Part shown: piece by piece, positions 1 through 9,608 of the stretch
Numbering within the stretch: position 1 is the first letter of the stretch
Layout of the letters: every line of letters begins with the position of its first letter
DNA from: a plasmid
Sequence record: NZ_CP064874.1
Length of the DNA: 64,000 nt
Strand: one strand, 5' to 3'
Notes under the pieces: generated by a model
Database searches by the model: none
What the model was told of the DNA's origin: nothing
What the model saw: only the letters and a program-made list of their open reading frames with translations
Position numbers and translations under genes: made by a program

Positions 1-1098
1 GTGCCCGCGACGACGCGGGTGCGGATCGTATGGCGGCAGCGGGTCTGGCGGTGCGACGAGGTGGGATGCGCGCGGCGGACGTTCGTGGAGCAGCTCCCGG
101 GTCTGGTCGCCCGGCGCGGGTCGATCACCACGCGCGCCGTCGGCTGGGCGATCGGGCAGCTGCGCCGCGAGCACGCCACCGTGCACGGTATCGCCCGTCA
201 GCTCGGCACGTCGTGGAAGACGGTGTGGCGCGCTGTCGAGCCTGAGTTGGAGCGGCTCGCGGCCGACGAGTCCCGATTCGAGAACGTCACCACGCTCGGT
301 GTCGATGAGCACATCTGGCATCACGTCGACCCCCGCAAGCGCGGTCCGAAGGAGCTTACCGGGATGGTCGATCTGAGCCGCGACGCGGACGGGAAGACGC
401 GGGCCAGGCTGCTCGACCTGGTGCCGGGCCGCTCCGGGAAGGCCTACGCGTCCTGGCTCGCCGAACGCGGCGAAGCGTTCCGGCAGAACGTGAAAGTCGC
501 GGCTCTTGACCCGTTCGCCGGCTACAAGACCGCGATCGACGACCAGCTCGAAGACGCCACGGCCGTGCTGGACGCATTCCACGTCGTCAAGCTCGGCACC
601 GCCGCCGTCGACGAGGTCCGCCGCCGCGTCCAGCAGGACACCCTCGGGCATCGCGGTCGGACCGGCGACCCGCTCTACGGGATCCAGACCATCCTCCGCG
701 CCGGCGCCGAGAACCTCACCGAGAAGCAGCGGACCAGGCTCGCGGCAGCGATCGAGGCCGACCCCGCGCACGACGAGGTGTTCGTCGCATGGCAGTGCGC
801 CCAGCAACTGCGTTCCGCCTACCACCAGAAGGACCTCGCCGAGGGCCGCCAGATCGCGGAGAAGGTCGTCGACACATTCCACACCTGCCCGATCCCCGAG
901 ATCGCCCGCCTCGGCCGCACCCTCCGCCGCTGGCGAGCCGCGTTCCTGGCCTACTTCACGACCGGACGATCATCGAACGGCGGCACTGAGGCCGTGAACG
1001 GGATCATCGAGCTGCACCGCCGCCTCGCCCGCGGCTTCCGCAACCGCGACAACTACCGGCTCCGCATGCTCCTCGCCGCCGGCGGACTCACCCCATGA
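1..1098 (+). CDS. ISL3 family transposase, N-terminus cut by window edge
   Basis: Near-identical to the full-length 439-aa ISL3-type transposase at 20906..22225, sharing the VRIVWRQRVWRC...TLGVDEHIWHH...AYFTT motifs; the ORF starts at base 1 with no upstream start. Confidence 0.85.
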   Translation: MPATTRVRIVWRQRVWRCDEVGCARRTFVEQLPGLVARRGSITTRAVGWAIGQLRREHATVHGIARQLGTSWKTVWRAVEPELERLAADESRFENVTTLGVDEHIWHHVDPRKRGPKELTGMVDLSRDADGKTRARLLDLVPGRSGKAYASWLAERGEAFRQNVKVAALDPFAGYKTAIDDQLEDATAVLDAFHVVKLGTAAVDEVRRRVQQDTLGHRGRTGDPLYGIQTILRAGAENLTEKQRTRLAAAIEADPAHDEVFVAWQCAQQLRSAYHQKDLAEGRQIAEKVVDTFHTCPIPEIARLGRTLRRWRAAFLAYFTTGRSSNGGTEAVNGIIELHRRLARGFRNRDNYRLRMLLAAGGLTP

Positions 1099-1126
1099 CC
1101 CCCACCGAATGTCCGAAGAGCCAGTT
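1..1126 (+). mobile_element. ISL3 family IS, copy A (partial; right end GTCCGAAGAGCCAGTT at 1111-1126)
   Basis: The right terminus is shared with copy B (22240-22255); the sequences diverge immediately after CCAGTT in both copies. Confidence 0.7.
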
Positions 1127-1161
1127 GCCGGCACCGGGGGAGAGGGGCCCAGCGCTAGGGC

Positions 1162-1551
1162 GTGTTGATCAAGAAGGTGCGGGGTGGCCAGCCGCCGCGA
1201 GTTGCGCGGGAGAATGGGCGTGTGAAGATCCAGGTGCTGCATATCGAGGATTGCCCGAATTGGCAGGAGGCGGGCGATCGAGTACGGCTGGTGCTCGACT
1301 CGATCGGACGGGGCGATGTTCCGGTGGAGTTCGTGTTGATCCGCACCGAGGCTGAGGCGGTGAGCTCTGGTTTCGCGGGCTCGCCCACGATTCTTCTGGA
1401 CGGTCAGGACTTGTTCCCGTCCCAGGGGAACACTGCCGACTTGGCGTGCAGGGTCTATCTGACCGAGCGCGGCTTTGCGGGTGCGCCGACGGTGGGACAG
1501 CTTGAGCGCACGCTGCAGGAGCGCGAAGCGCTCAGCGGAGATCGGTCTTGA
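1162..1551 (+). CDS. thioredoxin/glutaredoxin-fold protein (passenger inside the IS5 element; true start may be GTG near 1222)
   Basis: IEDCPNW CxxC-like motif and GSPTILLDGQD, typical of the thioredoxin fold; lies wholly between the IS5 IRs. Confidence 0.4.
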   Translation: MLIKKVRGGQPPRVARENGRVKIQVLHIEDCPNWQEAGDRVRLVLDSIGRGDVPVEFVLIRTEAEAVSSGFAGSPTILLDGQDLFPSQGNTADLACRVYLTERGFAGAPTVGQLERTLQEREALSGDRS

Positions 1552-2284
1552 TCCAGATCAGCGCCGCGGCGAGGCTGACGGCGGCTCGGTAGTTGAGGGC
1601 GAGTTTGTCCGAGCGCATCGCGATGCCGCGCCACTGCTTGAGACGGTTGAAGCAGCGTTCTACGACGTTGCGTCCCTTGTAGCGTTCCTTCTGCTTGTCG
1701 CCGAAAGCGATCGGCCGGCCCGGCTTCTTGCGGCGGTGCGCGATCTGGTCGTCCCGCTCGGGGATGGTCGCCGCGATCCTCCGGTCGCGGAGCCAGGCGC
1801 GGTTCGCCCTTGAGGGGTACCCCTTGTCGGCGAGCACCCGGTCGGGGCGGGTGCGGGGGCGGCCCTTCCCGTCGCGGGGAACGCGGATGTTCTCCAGCAC
1901 CGCGCTCATCATCGTGGTGTCGTTGATGTTCCCGGCGGTGATCATCATGCTCAGCGGCCGGCCGCGGCCGTCGCAGACCAGGTGCAGTTTGGTCGTCAGC
2001 CCGCCGCGGGAGCGTCCGATCCCGTGATCAGGCGGCTCGGACCACGGATTCTTGTGATTCGGCACAGCCCCCTGTGTCCCGGGCGAGGGTCGCGCCGTGC
2101 TGATGCACGCGCGCGATCGTGGAGTCGATCGAGACGACCCAGTCGATTTCCCCAGCGGCGTCGGCCTGCTTCTGCACCTCGGTGAGCAGCTTCTGCCAGG
2201 TGCCGTCCCCGGCCCACCGGTTGAACCGCTTGTAGATCGAGTTCCACTTCCCGAACCGTTCCGGAACGTCACGCCACGGCGCAC
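1532..2284 (-). CDS. IS5 family transposase OrfB (DDE domain; expressed by -1 frameshift from orfA)
   Basis: GGLTTKLHLVCDGRGRPL...DKGYPSRANRAWLRDRRIAATIPERDDQ...NVVERCFNRLKQWRGIA; overlaps orfA in a different frame. Confidence 0.85.
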   Translation of the reverse strand: MRRGVTFRNGSGSGTRSTSGSTGGPGTAPGRSCSPRCRSRPTPLGKSTGSSRSTPRSRACISTARPSPGTQGAVPNHKNPWSEPPDHGIGRSRGGLTTKLHLVCDGRGRPLSMMITAGNINDTTMMSAVLENIRVPRDGKGRPRTRPDRVLADKGYPSRANRAWLRDRRIAATIPERDDQIAHRRKKPGRPIAFGDKQKERYKGRNVVERCFNRLKQWRGIAMRSDKLALNYRAAVSLAAALIWIKTDLR

Positions 2285-2417
2285 CGGTCCGGTACTTCCA
2301 CGCCATCCCCTCGATAGCGAGCCGGTGATCCGTCCACGGCCGCGACCGACCGGTCACCGTCGGCATCAACGGCTCCATCACGGCCCACACCTCGTCAGAG
2401 ATCTCCTGTCGCGTCAC
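2028..2417 (-). CDS. IS5 family transposase OrfA
   Basis: WRDVPERFGKWNSIYKRFNRWAGDGTW...HQHGATLARDTGG, the IS427-group orfA hallmark. Confidence 0.85.
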   Translation of the reverse strand: MTRQEISDEVWAVMEPLMPTVTGRSRPWTDHRLAIEGMAWKYRTGAPWRDVPERFGKWNSIYKRFNRWAGDGTWQKLLTEVQKQADAAGEIDWVVSIDSTIARVHQHGATLARDTGGCAESQESVVRAA

Positions 2418-2465
2418 CGTTCAAGACTCACCCACCGAGGAGCGGAACCTCTTGATCAACACGCC

Positions 2466-2861
2466 CTAGGCGGAGGCCTTCGCCTTGGCTTTCTCGATCT
2501 GATAAACCCGCTGCTTGCTGATCCCGAGTACGCGGCCGACGTCGGGGGCGGAGTACTTCTCGTTCCTGAGCGCGGTTACCACGGCGCGGCGACGCTCCGC
2601 GGCGCGGGCCTGAGCCCGACGCGCCTCAGCTTCGTCCTTCTCCGCCTGTGCCCACTCGTCGAGCAGCTGCTTAGGGGCGCGCACGTCGACGGTGACGGCC
2701 ACCTCGGCGGGGTCGACGTTGAGCCACATCGCAGCGACACCCTGGGCCTCGCGATCTACCTCGTCGAGAGAGGCTGCCTGCCCTCCGGTGCCGAGTTCGG
2801 GGATCTCGAACACCCACCAACGGCCTTCGCGCTCGACGCTGACGGCGAATGTCTGTGTCAT
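2466..2861 (-). CDS. hicB: HicB family antitoxin
   Basis: MTQTFAVSVEREGRWWVFEIPELGTGGQ (UPF0150 fold) plus a C-terminal HTH (RVLGISKQRVYQIEKA); directly downstream of hicA. Confidence 0.75.
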   Translation of the reverse strand: MTQTFAVSVEREGRWWVFEIPELGTGGQAASLDEVDREAQGVAAMWLNVDPAEVAVTVDVRAPKQLLDEWAQAEKDEAEARRAQARAAERRRAVVTALRNEKYSAPDVGRVLGISKQRVYQIEKAKAKASA

Positions 2862-2874
2862 CGCGTCCTCCCTC

Positions 2875-3084
2875 TCACTTCCAGGCCTGGGGGAGTGTCG
2901 CCCCGGCCCTCTCGATCTGTCGCAGCACGCCCGCTGAGACTTCCTTGTGCCCTGCCGGGATCGAGGCTTTCTGCGACTCGTCGGGCAGGCCCCATAGTTC
3001 GTGGCTACCCTGACCATCGCGCAGATAGACCCAGCCGATGCTCTTCAGGTGCTTCAGCACGTCTCGCGTTCGCTGTGCTTTCAT
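2875..3084 (-). CDS. hicA: HicA family toxin (mRNA interferase)
   Basis: 69-aa MKAQRTRDVLKHLKSIGWVYLRDGQGSHELWG, the YcfA/HicA signature; ATGA overlap with the upstream gene. Confidence 0.75.
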   Translation of the reverse strand: MKAQRTRDVLKHLKSIGWVYLRDGQGSHELWGLPDESQKASIPAGHKEVSAGVLRQIERAGATLPQAWK

Positions 3085-3770
3085 GAGTCTAGTCTAGACC
3101 CCCCTTGCCCGCAAGTCAAGGGGGTCTTGCCTTTTTGGTATTGTTCTTCGGTTTCAAACTCGGTGCCACACAGGCCGCAAAGGATCGGGCCCGCGTCGAT
3201 CACGGCGTTGGATGCGCGGATCTTGCGGCTGCAGCTGCACACGGCCGTGCGGCCGTTGTTGCTCTTGGTCTTGCCCTCCGCGTCAGGCGATTCGCTTCGA
3301 CGGTAGGCGGTGATCGCCGCCGTGAGCTGCGCAACCTCGGCCGCGTACGTCTCGGCGGTTCCCGTGGGCACGGTGGTGACTGACCATCCGATGCGGGGAT
3401 CTTTCTCGAGCGTCAGACCGAAGCTCTCTGCGATGCTCCGAAAAGCTGCGTTGTGGTAGCGGCCCTGTCTGCTGGTGTCTTTGATTCCTCGCGTGTTCGC
3501 GGCGCCGTGGGCGGCTTCGTGCAGAAGTGTGCCGAGCACGTCCACGCCGCCGCGTGAGAGTCCTTCACCGCCGATGAACAACTCGTGCACCACCTCGTCA
3601 CCACGCACCCACCGATCGGGGGCGAAGTGGCCGAGATTCACGCCCTTGACCGTGCGACCGGACGCGAGGGTAACGACGACCTCCGGCACGTCGCTGTGGC
3701 GCTGCTGAATCGCGGCCCAGGTGCGTTCGATCGCTGCGACCAGGGGAGCGGAGGTGCCCTCGCCCATCAC
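3081..3770 (-). CDS. HExxH zinc-metallopeptidase-like protein with C-terminal Cys4 cluster (hypothetical)
   Basis: LLHEAAHGAANTRG motif; C-terminal CSCS...CGLCG; its stop overlaps the hicA start (ATGA). Confidence 0.5.
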   Translation of the reverse strand: MMGEGTSAPLVAAIERTWAAIQQRHSDVPEVVVTLASGRTVKGVNLGHFAPDRWVRGDEVVHELFIGGEGLSRGGVDVLGTLLHEAAHGAANTRGIKDTSRQGRYHNAAFRSIAESFGLTLEKDPRIGWSVTTVPTGTAETYAAEVAQLTAAITAYRRSESPDAEGKTKSNNGRTAVCSCSRKIRASNAVIDAGPILCGLCGTEFETEEQYQKGKTPLTCGQGGSRLDS

Positions 3771-3789
3771 ACGGCCTCCGAGACCGGCG

Positions 3790-4930
3790 GAGAGTCAATA
3801 TTGAGGGTTGCGCTATTCGCAAGCACGCGTCGATCCGCTCATGCCTTTGAGCGACAGCTAGCTGTATGAGGCCATGACGTTGCTGACTCGCGTCGGTGTC
3901 GCAGAGGCGGGCGGTTGCCCGTCGTGAGCGCCGTGGGGACGGTGATAGTTGTAGTGCCGGTTCCACACTTCGAGCGCGGCAGCGCGTTCGGCTTCTGAGC
4001 GCCAGATGCGCGCGTAAAGAAACTCTTCGGCGAGGATCCGGTTGTAGCGCTCGACTTTGCCGTTGTGTCGAGGCGTGTATGGCGTGATGCGCTGGTGTCG
4101 ACTGTTCCCGACTGCGTCGTGGAAAGCTGCGGATCGGTAGCAGGAACCGTTGTCGGTCACGACCCGCTCGATCCCGGCGATGCCGTGCTTGGCGAACCAA
4201 GCTCTTGCACGTCCGAGGAACGCGACGGCAGTGGCGGCTTTCTCGTCCGGCAACGCTTCGGTGTACGCGAGTCGGGTGTGCCCGTCGATGGCCGAATGCA
4301 GGTAGACGTACCCAGTCTTCGTACCCCGGGTCTTCTGACGTGCGACAGCTTTGGCTTTCTCGCTGCCTTTGCCGTGCACACGCCACCCGCCGCCATCAGG
4401 GATACGACCGACCTTCTTCACGTCCAGGTGCACCATGTGGCCGGGACGTTTGGTGGTGATGCGTTGCGGTTCCCGATTCAACTCGCCGTTGGGGTCAATA
4501 TACTTGCGCTGGTTCAGGCCCAGCTGCGCGAGGAGCCGGGTGATGGTGCGACGACTGACCGGTGTTCCTGCTTGCTCGAGCTCGAATGCGATACGGGACG
4601 CTGGCCATTTCTGTTCTCGTCGCATTGACTCGATCTGCTCCACGAGGCGGCCAGGCGTTGCAGATGGTTGACGGATCGGCGACGACGAGCGGTCCTGTAG
4701 ACCGAGCTTCCCGAATCGTTTGTATCTGTTGACCCATTTCGAGGCGGTCGCGCGGGAGATCCCCATCTCTGCGGCAACATGAGAAATAGGTCGAGTCCGA
4801 CAGCGCGCGACGAGTCGACGACGACCTTCGACCGTCAGTGGCGAATTTGCGTGCGTCACTTGACCACCTCGCTCTCGACGGGTGCAATCAGCCGAATAAG
4901 CGGAACTGCGAGCAGCAGTGCCGTGGTGGT
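3790..4930 (-). mobile_element. IS481 family IS (boundaries approximate)
   Basis: Transposase 3858..4858. The start codon abuts the MFS gene stop at 4856, so the IS terminus probably lies inside the 3' end of the MFS gene. Confidence 0.5.
3858..4858 (-). CDS. IS481 family transposase
   Basis: GTG-start VTHANSPLTVEGRRRLV... (typical IS481 THANARLT N-terminus) followed by the rve integrase core HLDVKKVGRIPDGGGWR...DNGSCYRS...PYTPRHNGKVER. Confidence 0.85.
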
Positions 4931-6037
4931 CGCGAGCGCGGCTACCCAAACGGGTCCGAGCGCGCCCGGCATGACGCTGAGTGCGGCGGAGGCGAGCACG
5001 GGACCGGCGGCCGCGCCAACGTTGAGTGCCGCTGTCGCGTATGACCCTGCCATGGTGGGTGCACTCGCCGCGGCATAGAGCACTCGTGTGATCAGCGTGC
5101 TCCCGACGGCGAACCCCACCACACCCTGAGTGAATACGAGCCCGAGCAGGGCAACGGGGTTCGTTGCAAAGAGGGCCAGCGCGACCCACCCGAGCACCAG
5201 AACGCTGCCACCACCGACGATGACGATCCTGGGTCGGGCATCCGAGAGTCGTCCCGCAACGGTGACGCCGATGAAGGAGCCGACGCCGAAGAGCACAAGG
5301 GCCAGCGGTACCCACCACTGGCTCAGGCCGGCGGTGTCCGTAACGATCGGCGCGAGATAGGTGAGCGTGGCGAAGGTGCCGGCATTCACCAGGGCAGCGA
5401 GCAGCATCGTTAGAACGAGGCGCGGCGAGGACAGCTGCGCCAGTTCCACACGCAGCGAGGTCGAGGACGACTCCTCCCTTGACGAGTCGTGAACTTGAGT
5501 GTTGAAGCCCGCGGCAATGCCGATCGCAGCGGGGACGCAGAGAAGAGCGATCGCCCAGAACGTCGACTGCCAGCCGAGTGCCGTTCCAAGCAGTGCACCG
5601 GCGGGGACGCCGGCGACGGTGGCGACGGTGGTACCCGCCAGCAGAACCGCCACGGCCCGCCCTTTGGCATCGGGTGCTACGAGTCTCGTCGCCGCACCCA
5701 AAGCGACCGCCAGGAAGCCTGCATTCACGATCGCCGCGATCACGCGCGTGATGAACAGAACCGTGAAATCCGGCGTAAGTGCCCCGACGACGTGGGATAG
5801 CGCGAATACGATCGCGCAACCCAGGAGTGTCGCCTTCACGGGGAGGTGACGAGTGAGCGCGGCCATCGCCGGTGCACCGATCACCATCCCTGCGGCGAAC
5901 GCCGATGTCAGGAGACCAGCGGTCCCCACGGAAACGCTGAAGTATGTGGAGATGTCGGGCACGAGGCCGGCGAGCATGAATTCGGAAGTACCCATGGCGA
6001 AGACCACCAGGGCAAGAAGATAGAGAGCGAAAGGCAT
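4856..6037 (-). CDS. MFS efflux transporter, Cmx/CmrA-like (chloramphenicol exporter family)
   Basis: MPFALYLLALVVFAMGTSEFMLAGL... with 12 predicted TM helices. Recalled similarity to corynebacterial Cmx. The C-terminus abuts the IS481 insertion. Confidence 0.7.
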   Translation of the reverse strand: MPFALYLLALVVFAMGTSEFMLAGLVPDISTYFSVSVGTAGLLTSAFAAGMVIGAPAMAALTRHLPVKATLLGCAIVFALSHVVGALTPDFTVLFITRVIAAIVNAGFLAVALGAATRLVAPDAKGRAVAVLLAGTTVATVAGVPAGALLGTALGWQSTFWAIALLCVPAAIGIAAGFNTQVHDSSREESSSTSLRVELAQLSSPRLVLTMLLAALVNAGTFATLTYLAPIVTDTAGLSQWWVPLALVLFGVGSFIGVTVAGRLSDARPRIVIVGGGSVLVLGWVALALFATNPVALLGLVFTQGVVGFAVGSTLITRVLYAAASAPTMAGSYATAALNVGAAAGPVLASAALSVMPGALGPVWVAALATTTALLLAVPLIRLIAPVESEVVK

Positions 6038-6604
6038 CGAGATAGCTCCGAAGCGAGAGTACGAACAAGAGAACGTCTCGTCACCACGGTCAGCGCCCAG
6101 AGGGCACCCGGATGCCGTGCTGCGCGCAGCACTGGGCAACAGAGAGCTAAGGGCTCAGCGGAGGTGAGGGGCTGACGGCGTGACCGAAAGCCCCTGAGTG
6201 TCCGATTCAGGGCTCGACATACCGCTCACCTTACCTGGCTGCGCCGCCAGCCCCAAGAAGTGTCAACAACCTCCTGGCCAGCAACAGCTAGCAGATCGTC
6301 GTCCGCCGAGTGTGGTGGGCTTGTACCTCTCCTCTGTTGCGGAGATCTCCGGGCAGGCGCGTCCCGCTGACGAGAGCCACAAACTCCAGGCGGAGTCTCT
6401 TCGGTGGTTGCTCTGATCACGTCGTTCGATACACTCGGAATGTGCATTTGTACTTCCTGTGACGGCTGAGTAAGGCCTACCGCGCTCGTTGAGTCATCCG
6501 AGCCTGCGGCGGCCGCTCGTTCTCGACCCTGCACGGGTCGCCGTCACCTTGCGCACCCTCGCACGCTTCATAGCCGTGCGGTGCGTCGTTTCCGAAGGAT
6601 ACGA

Positions 6605-8245
6605 ATGCTCTCCCTCAACACCCCTCTACCAGCGCGCCATCGCGCGCAGCTCATCGCCTCCGACGTCTCCGTAACGCGCGGAGCCACCCCCGTCCTCAGC
6701 CACGTCGACCTCACGGTCACGGCCACCTCGCGAGTAGCGATCGTGGGCGAGAACGGCCGGGGGAAGTCGACGCTCCTGCACGTCCTCAGCGGCGCTCTCA
6801 CCCCGGACAGCGGAGTAGTGCAGCGACTCGGGACGGTCGGCATAGCCGAACAAGAGATGCCGACCGGCGGCAACCGCACAGTGGGCCAGGCGGTCGCGGA
6901 AGCGATCGCGCAGCCGCTCGCCGCCGTTGCGGCCCTCGATTCGGCCGCGGTGTCACTCGCCGCAGGCGTCCCCGGCGCCGAAGAACGATACGCCGCCGCA
7001 TTGGAACACGCCGAAGTCCTCGATGCGTGGGATGCCGAACGGCGGGTGCAGATCGCGTTGGAAGCACTCGACGCCGAAACGGAGCCATCCCGGCGCCTGG
7101 ACGACCTCTCCGTCGGGCAGCGCTATCGAGTCCGTCTGGCGTGCCTGCTCGGCGCCGACGACGATTTCCTGCTCCTCGACGAACCCACAAATCACCTCGA
7201 TCGAAGCGGCCTCGAGTTTCTGACCACGCAACTGCGGTCGCGAAACGGCGGCGTGGTCGTCGTCACCCATGATCGCGCGCTGCTCTCCGACGTCGCGGAG
7301 ACGATCGTGGACCTCGACCCGACCCCGGATGACCGGGTGCGCGTGTACGGCAACGGTTATGCCGGCTACCGCGAGGGCCGGCGCGCCGAGCGCGAACGGT
7401 GGGAGCACGAATTCGAGCGACAGCAGACCGAGCTCGCGCGGCTGCAGGACAGTCTCAGCTCGGCGCAGAACCGACTCGTCTCGGGGTGGCGACCAGAGAA
7501 GGGAACCAACAAGCACGGACGGGCCACGCGCGCGGGCGGGCTCGTGCAGAGCGTGCATCGCCGGCAGGAGCAACTCGAAGCGCACGCGGTGACTGTTCCC
7601 GAGCCGCCGCAAGTGTTTCGCTTCCCGGAGCTTGCGACCCGAACCGGAGCGGTGCTGTTGAGCGTGGAGGACGTGACCGTGACCGGCAGGCTTACGCGCC
7701 CGGCGGCGTTCTCTCTGTCACACCGCGGGCGTCTCGTAGTGACCGGACCCAACGGGGCCGGCAAGTCCACACTGCTGAGCGTCGCAGCGGGAGACCTCCG
7801 CCCGGACACCGGCACCGTTCGTCGCCCGCAGAACGTGCGGCTCGCTTTTCTGCGCCAAGAGTCGGAGCTGCCGCTGGATCGTCGCGCGAGCGAGTTCTAC
7901 GCAGCCCACGTCGACGCGCTCGTTCCATCGCGTGAGGCAGTCGGTCTCTCGCAGCTCGGGCTCCTGCGCGCCCGCGAATCGAGCAAGCGGATAGGTGAGC
8001 TGTCGATGGGCCAGCAACGGCGCCTCGAGCTGGCCCTGGTGCTCGCCACCAAGCCGCACGTGCTCTTGCTCGACGAACCGACCAACCACCTATCGATCGC
8101 GCTCGTCGACGAACTGACCGACGCGCTCAACGCCACCCAAGCGGCTGTTGTCGTATCCACCCACGACCGGCAGCTTCTCCGCGACGTCGAAGGCTGGCCG
8201 GCACTGCAACTGGAAGCTACGACCGAAAGCGAGGCGCTCGTATGA
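6605..8245 (+). CDS. ABC-F family ATPase (tandem ABC domains, no TMD; ARE-like)
   Basis: Two Walker A sites ([18 protein letters not shown]), two signature motifs ([16 protein letters not shown]) and two Walker B sites ([10 protein letters not shown]). RBS GAAGGA lies 8 nt upstream of ATG 6605. Confidence 0.8.
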   Translation: MLSLNTPLPARHRAQLIASDVSVTRGATPVLSHVDLTVTATSRVAIVGENGRGKSTLLHVLSGALTPDSGVVQRLGTVGIAEQEMPTGGNRTVGQAVAEAIAQPLAAVAALDSAAVSLAAGVPGAEERYAAALEHAEVLDAWDAERRVQIALEALDAETEPSRRLDDLSVGQRYRVRLACLLGADDDFLLLDEPTNHLDRSGLEFLTTQLRSRNGGVVVVTHDRALLSDVAETIVDLDPTPDDRVRVYGNGYAGYREGRRAERERWEHEFERQQTELARLQDSLSSAQNRLVSGWRPEKGTNKHGRATRAGGLVQSVHRRQEQLEAHAVTVPEPPQVFRFPELATRTGAVLLSVEDVTVTGRLTRPAAFSLSHRGRLVVTGPNGAGKSTLLSVAAGDLRPDTGTVRRPQNVRLAFLRQESELPLDRRASEFYAAHVDALVPSREAVGLSQLGLLRARESSKRIGELSMGQQRRLELALVLATKPHVLLLDEPTNHLSIALVDELTDALNATQAAVVVSTHDRQLLRDVEGWPALQLEATTESEALV

Positions 8246-9507
8246 CCCGCGAGACTCCCGACCGGCTGCGGGCGCTGCGCCCTCTCGCTACCCGCGACTA
8301 CCGGCTGCTGTTCGCGGCCGTCGGTATCGAAGTCTTCGGCACCGGCATGTGGACCATCGTCATGGTGTTTCAGGTGCTCGCACTCGACGACAGCCCCCTT
8401 GCCCTGTCAGCCGTCGCTACCGGGCTCAGCCTCGGCCTCTTCGCTTTCTCGGTCCTCGGCGGGGTGGTAGCCGATCGCTTCTCGAAGCGGCGGATCATCA
8501 TCACCGTGCAGGGACTCACCGCGGCGGTCATGGCCGCCGTCGCGGTGCTGTCCCTCACGGGCGCGATCGAGTTGTGGCATGTCGGGCTCGCCTCGTTCGC
8601 CATGGGCGCGGGTAGTGCGTTCTTCTACCCGGCCTACAGCGCCTACCTCCCCCAAGTACTACCGCCCGAACAACTGCTCGCCGCAAACGGGCTCGAAGGG
8701 GCTCTCCGGCCCTCGATGGGGCAGGGCCTCGGACCCGCCCTCGGAGGGATCATCGTCGGGGCGTTCTTCCCCGCCATCGGAGCGGTCATCGTCGCCGCGT
8801 CCTACGCAGTCGCGTTCGTCATCACACTGTTCCTCAGCCGCCGGGAGGAAACCACCGAACCGGAACAGTCGCAGCAACGCACGAGCGTGTGGGGCGACCT
8901 CAAAGCCGGGGTCCGCTACGTCGCCCGCACCCGCTGGCTGCTATGGACCCTGATCTTCGGATCATCCCTCGCGCTCATCATCCAGGGCCCAATCGAGGTA
9001 CTTCTCCCCTTCCTCACCCGCGACCGATTCGACGACGCCGAAGCAACGTTCGGACTACTACTCGCCGCCTACGGAATCGGAGGCGCCATCGGATCGCTCA
9101 TCGTGTCGTCACTCAAACTGCCCCGGCGATACCTGACACTGATGATCGGCCTCTGGGGCGGCGGTACCCTCCCGCTCGTGCGCATCGGCCTCGCCAACAA
9201 CCTAATAGTGATGCTCGCCACACTGTTCGCGGTCGGAGCTGCCACAGGAGCCGGCGTGGTGATCTGGGGCACACTGCTTCAACGCCTCGTGCCACCCGAA
9301 ATGATCGGCCGTGTCGCCAGTCTCGACTTCTTCGTCTCCATCGCGTTCATGCCCGTCTCGATCGCCATCGCCGGGCCCCTATCGCTGATCGTGCCGATAC
9401 CAGCCATCTTCATCGTGGCCGGCGTCGCGCCGACGCTGCTCGCCATCGTCGCGCTTCTAGCCGGACGCATGCGGGACGTCGAGACGAGACACCCCCTGGA
9501 CACTTGA
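8242..9507 (+). CDS. MFS efflux transporter (EntS/macrolide-efflux-like)
   Basis: 12-TM profile; ATGA start/stop overlap with the ABC-F gene implies an operon. Confidence 0.75.
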   Translation: MTRETPDRLRALRPLATRDYRLLFAAVGIEVFGTGMWTIVMVFQVLALDDSPLALSAVATGLSLGLFAFSVLGGVVADRFSKRRIIITVQGLTAAVMAAVAVLSLTGAIELWHVGLASFAMGAGSAFFYPAYSAYLPQVLPPEQLLAANGLEGALRPSMGQGLGPALGGIIVGAFFPAIGAVIVAASYAVAFVITLFLSRREETTEPEQSQQRTSVWGDLKAGVRYVARTRWLLWTLIFGSSLALIIQGPIEVLLPFLTRDRFDDAEATFGLLLAAYGIGGAIGSLIVSSLKLPRRYLTLMIGLWGGGTLPLVRIGLANNLIVMLATLFAVGAATGAGVVIWGTLLQRLVPPEMIGRVASLDFFVSIAFMPVSIAIAGPLSLIVPIPAIFIVAGVAPTLLAIVALLAGRMRDVETRHPLDT

Positions 9508-9608
9508 CCCAGCGCCGCACTGCGTCCCTGATTGTTAGCGTCCTGGAAGGAATTGACTCGGCTTGGAGTTCTCGGGCCGCGGCTGCCTGAACCCACTCCG
9601 ATGTGCCC

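Larger units (their letters stand above)
1155..2469 (-). mobile_element. IS5 family (IS427 group) element, 1315 bp, with a passenger ORF
   Basis: 23-bp terminal inverted repeats CTAGGGCGTGTTGATCAAGAAGG (1155-1177) and CCTCTTGATCAACACGCCCTAG (2448-2469). Contains the orfA/orfB transposase plus an extra ~380 bp carrying ORF 1162..1551. Confidence 0.7.

Noticed and set aside
3858-6068. 736-aa ORF and many other long Arg/Pro/Gly-rich ORFs (24326..25717, 55899..57098, 54129..55076, 37474..38691, 29580..30143 etc.)
   Set aside because: Antisense or off-frame artefacts of 70% GC DNA, with low-complexity RRRPRG-type composition. The true genes lie on the other strand or frame, or within the C-terminal part only (the IS481 transposase for 3858..4858).
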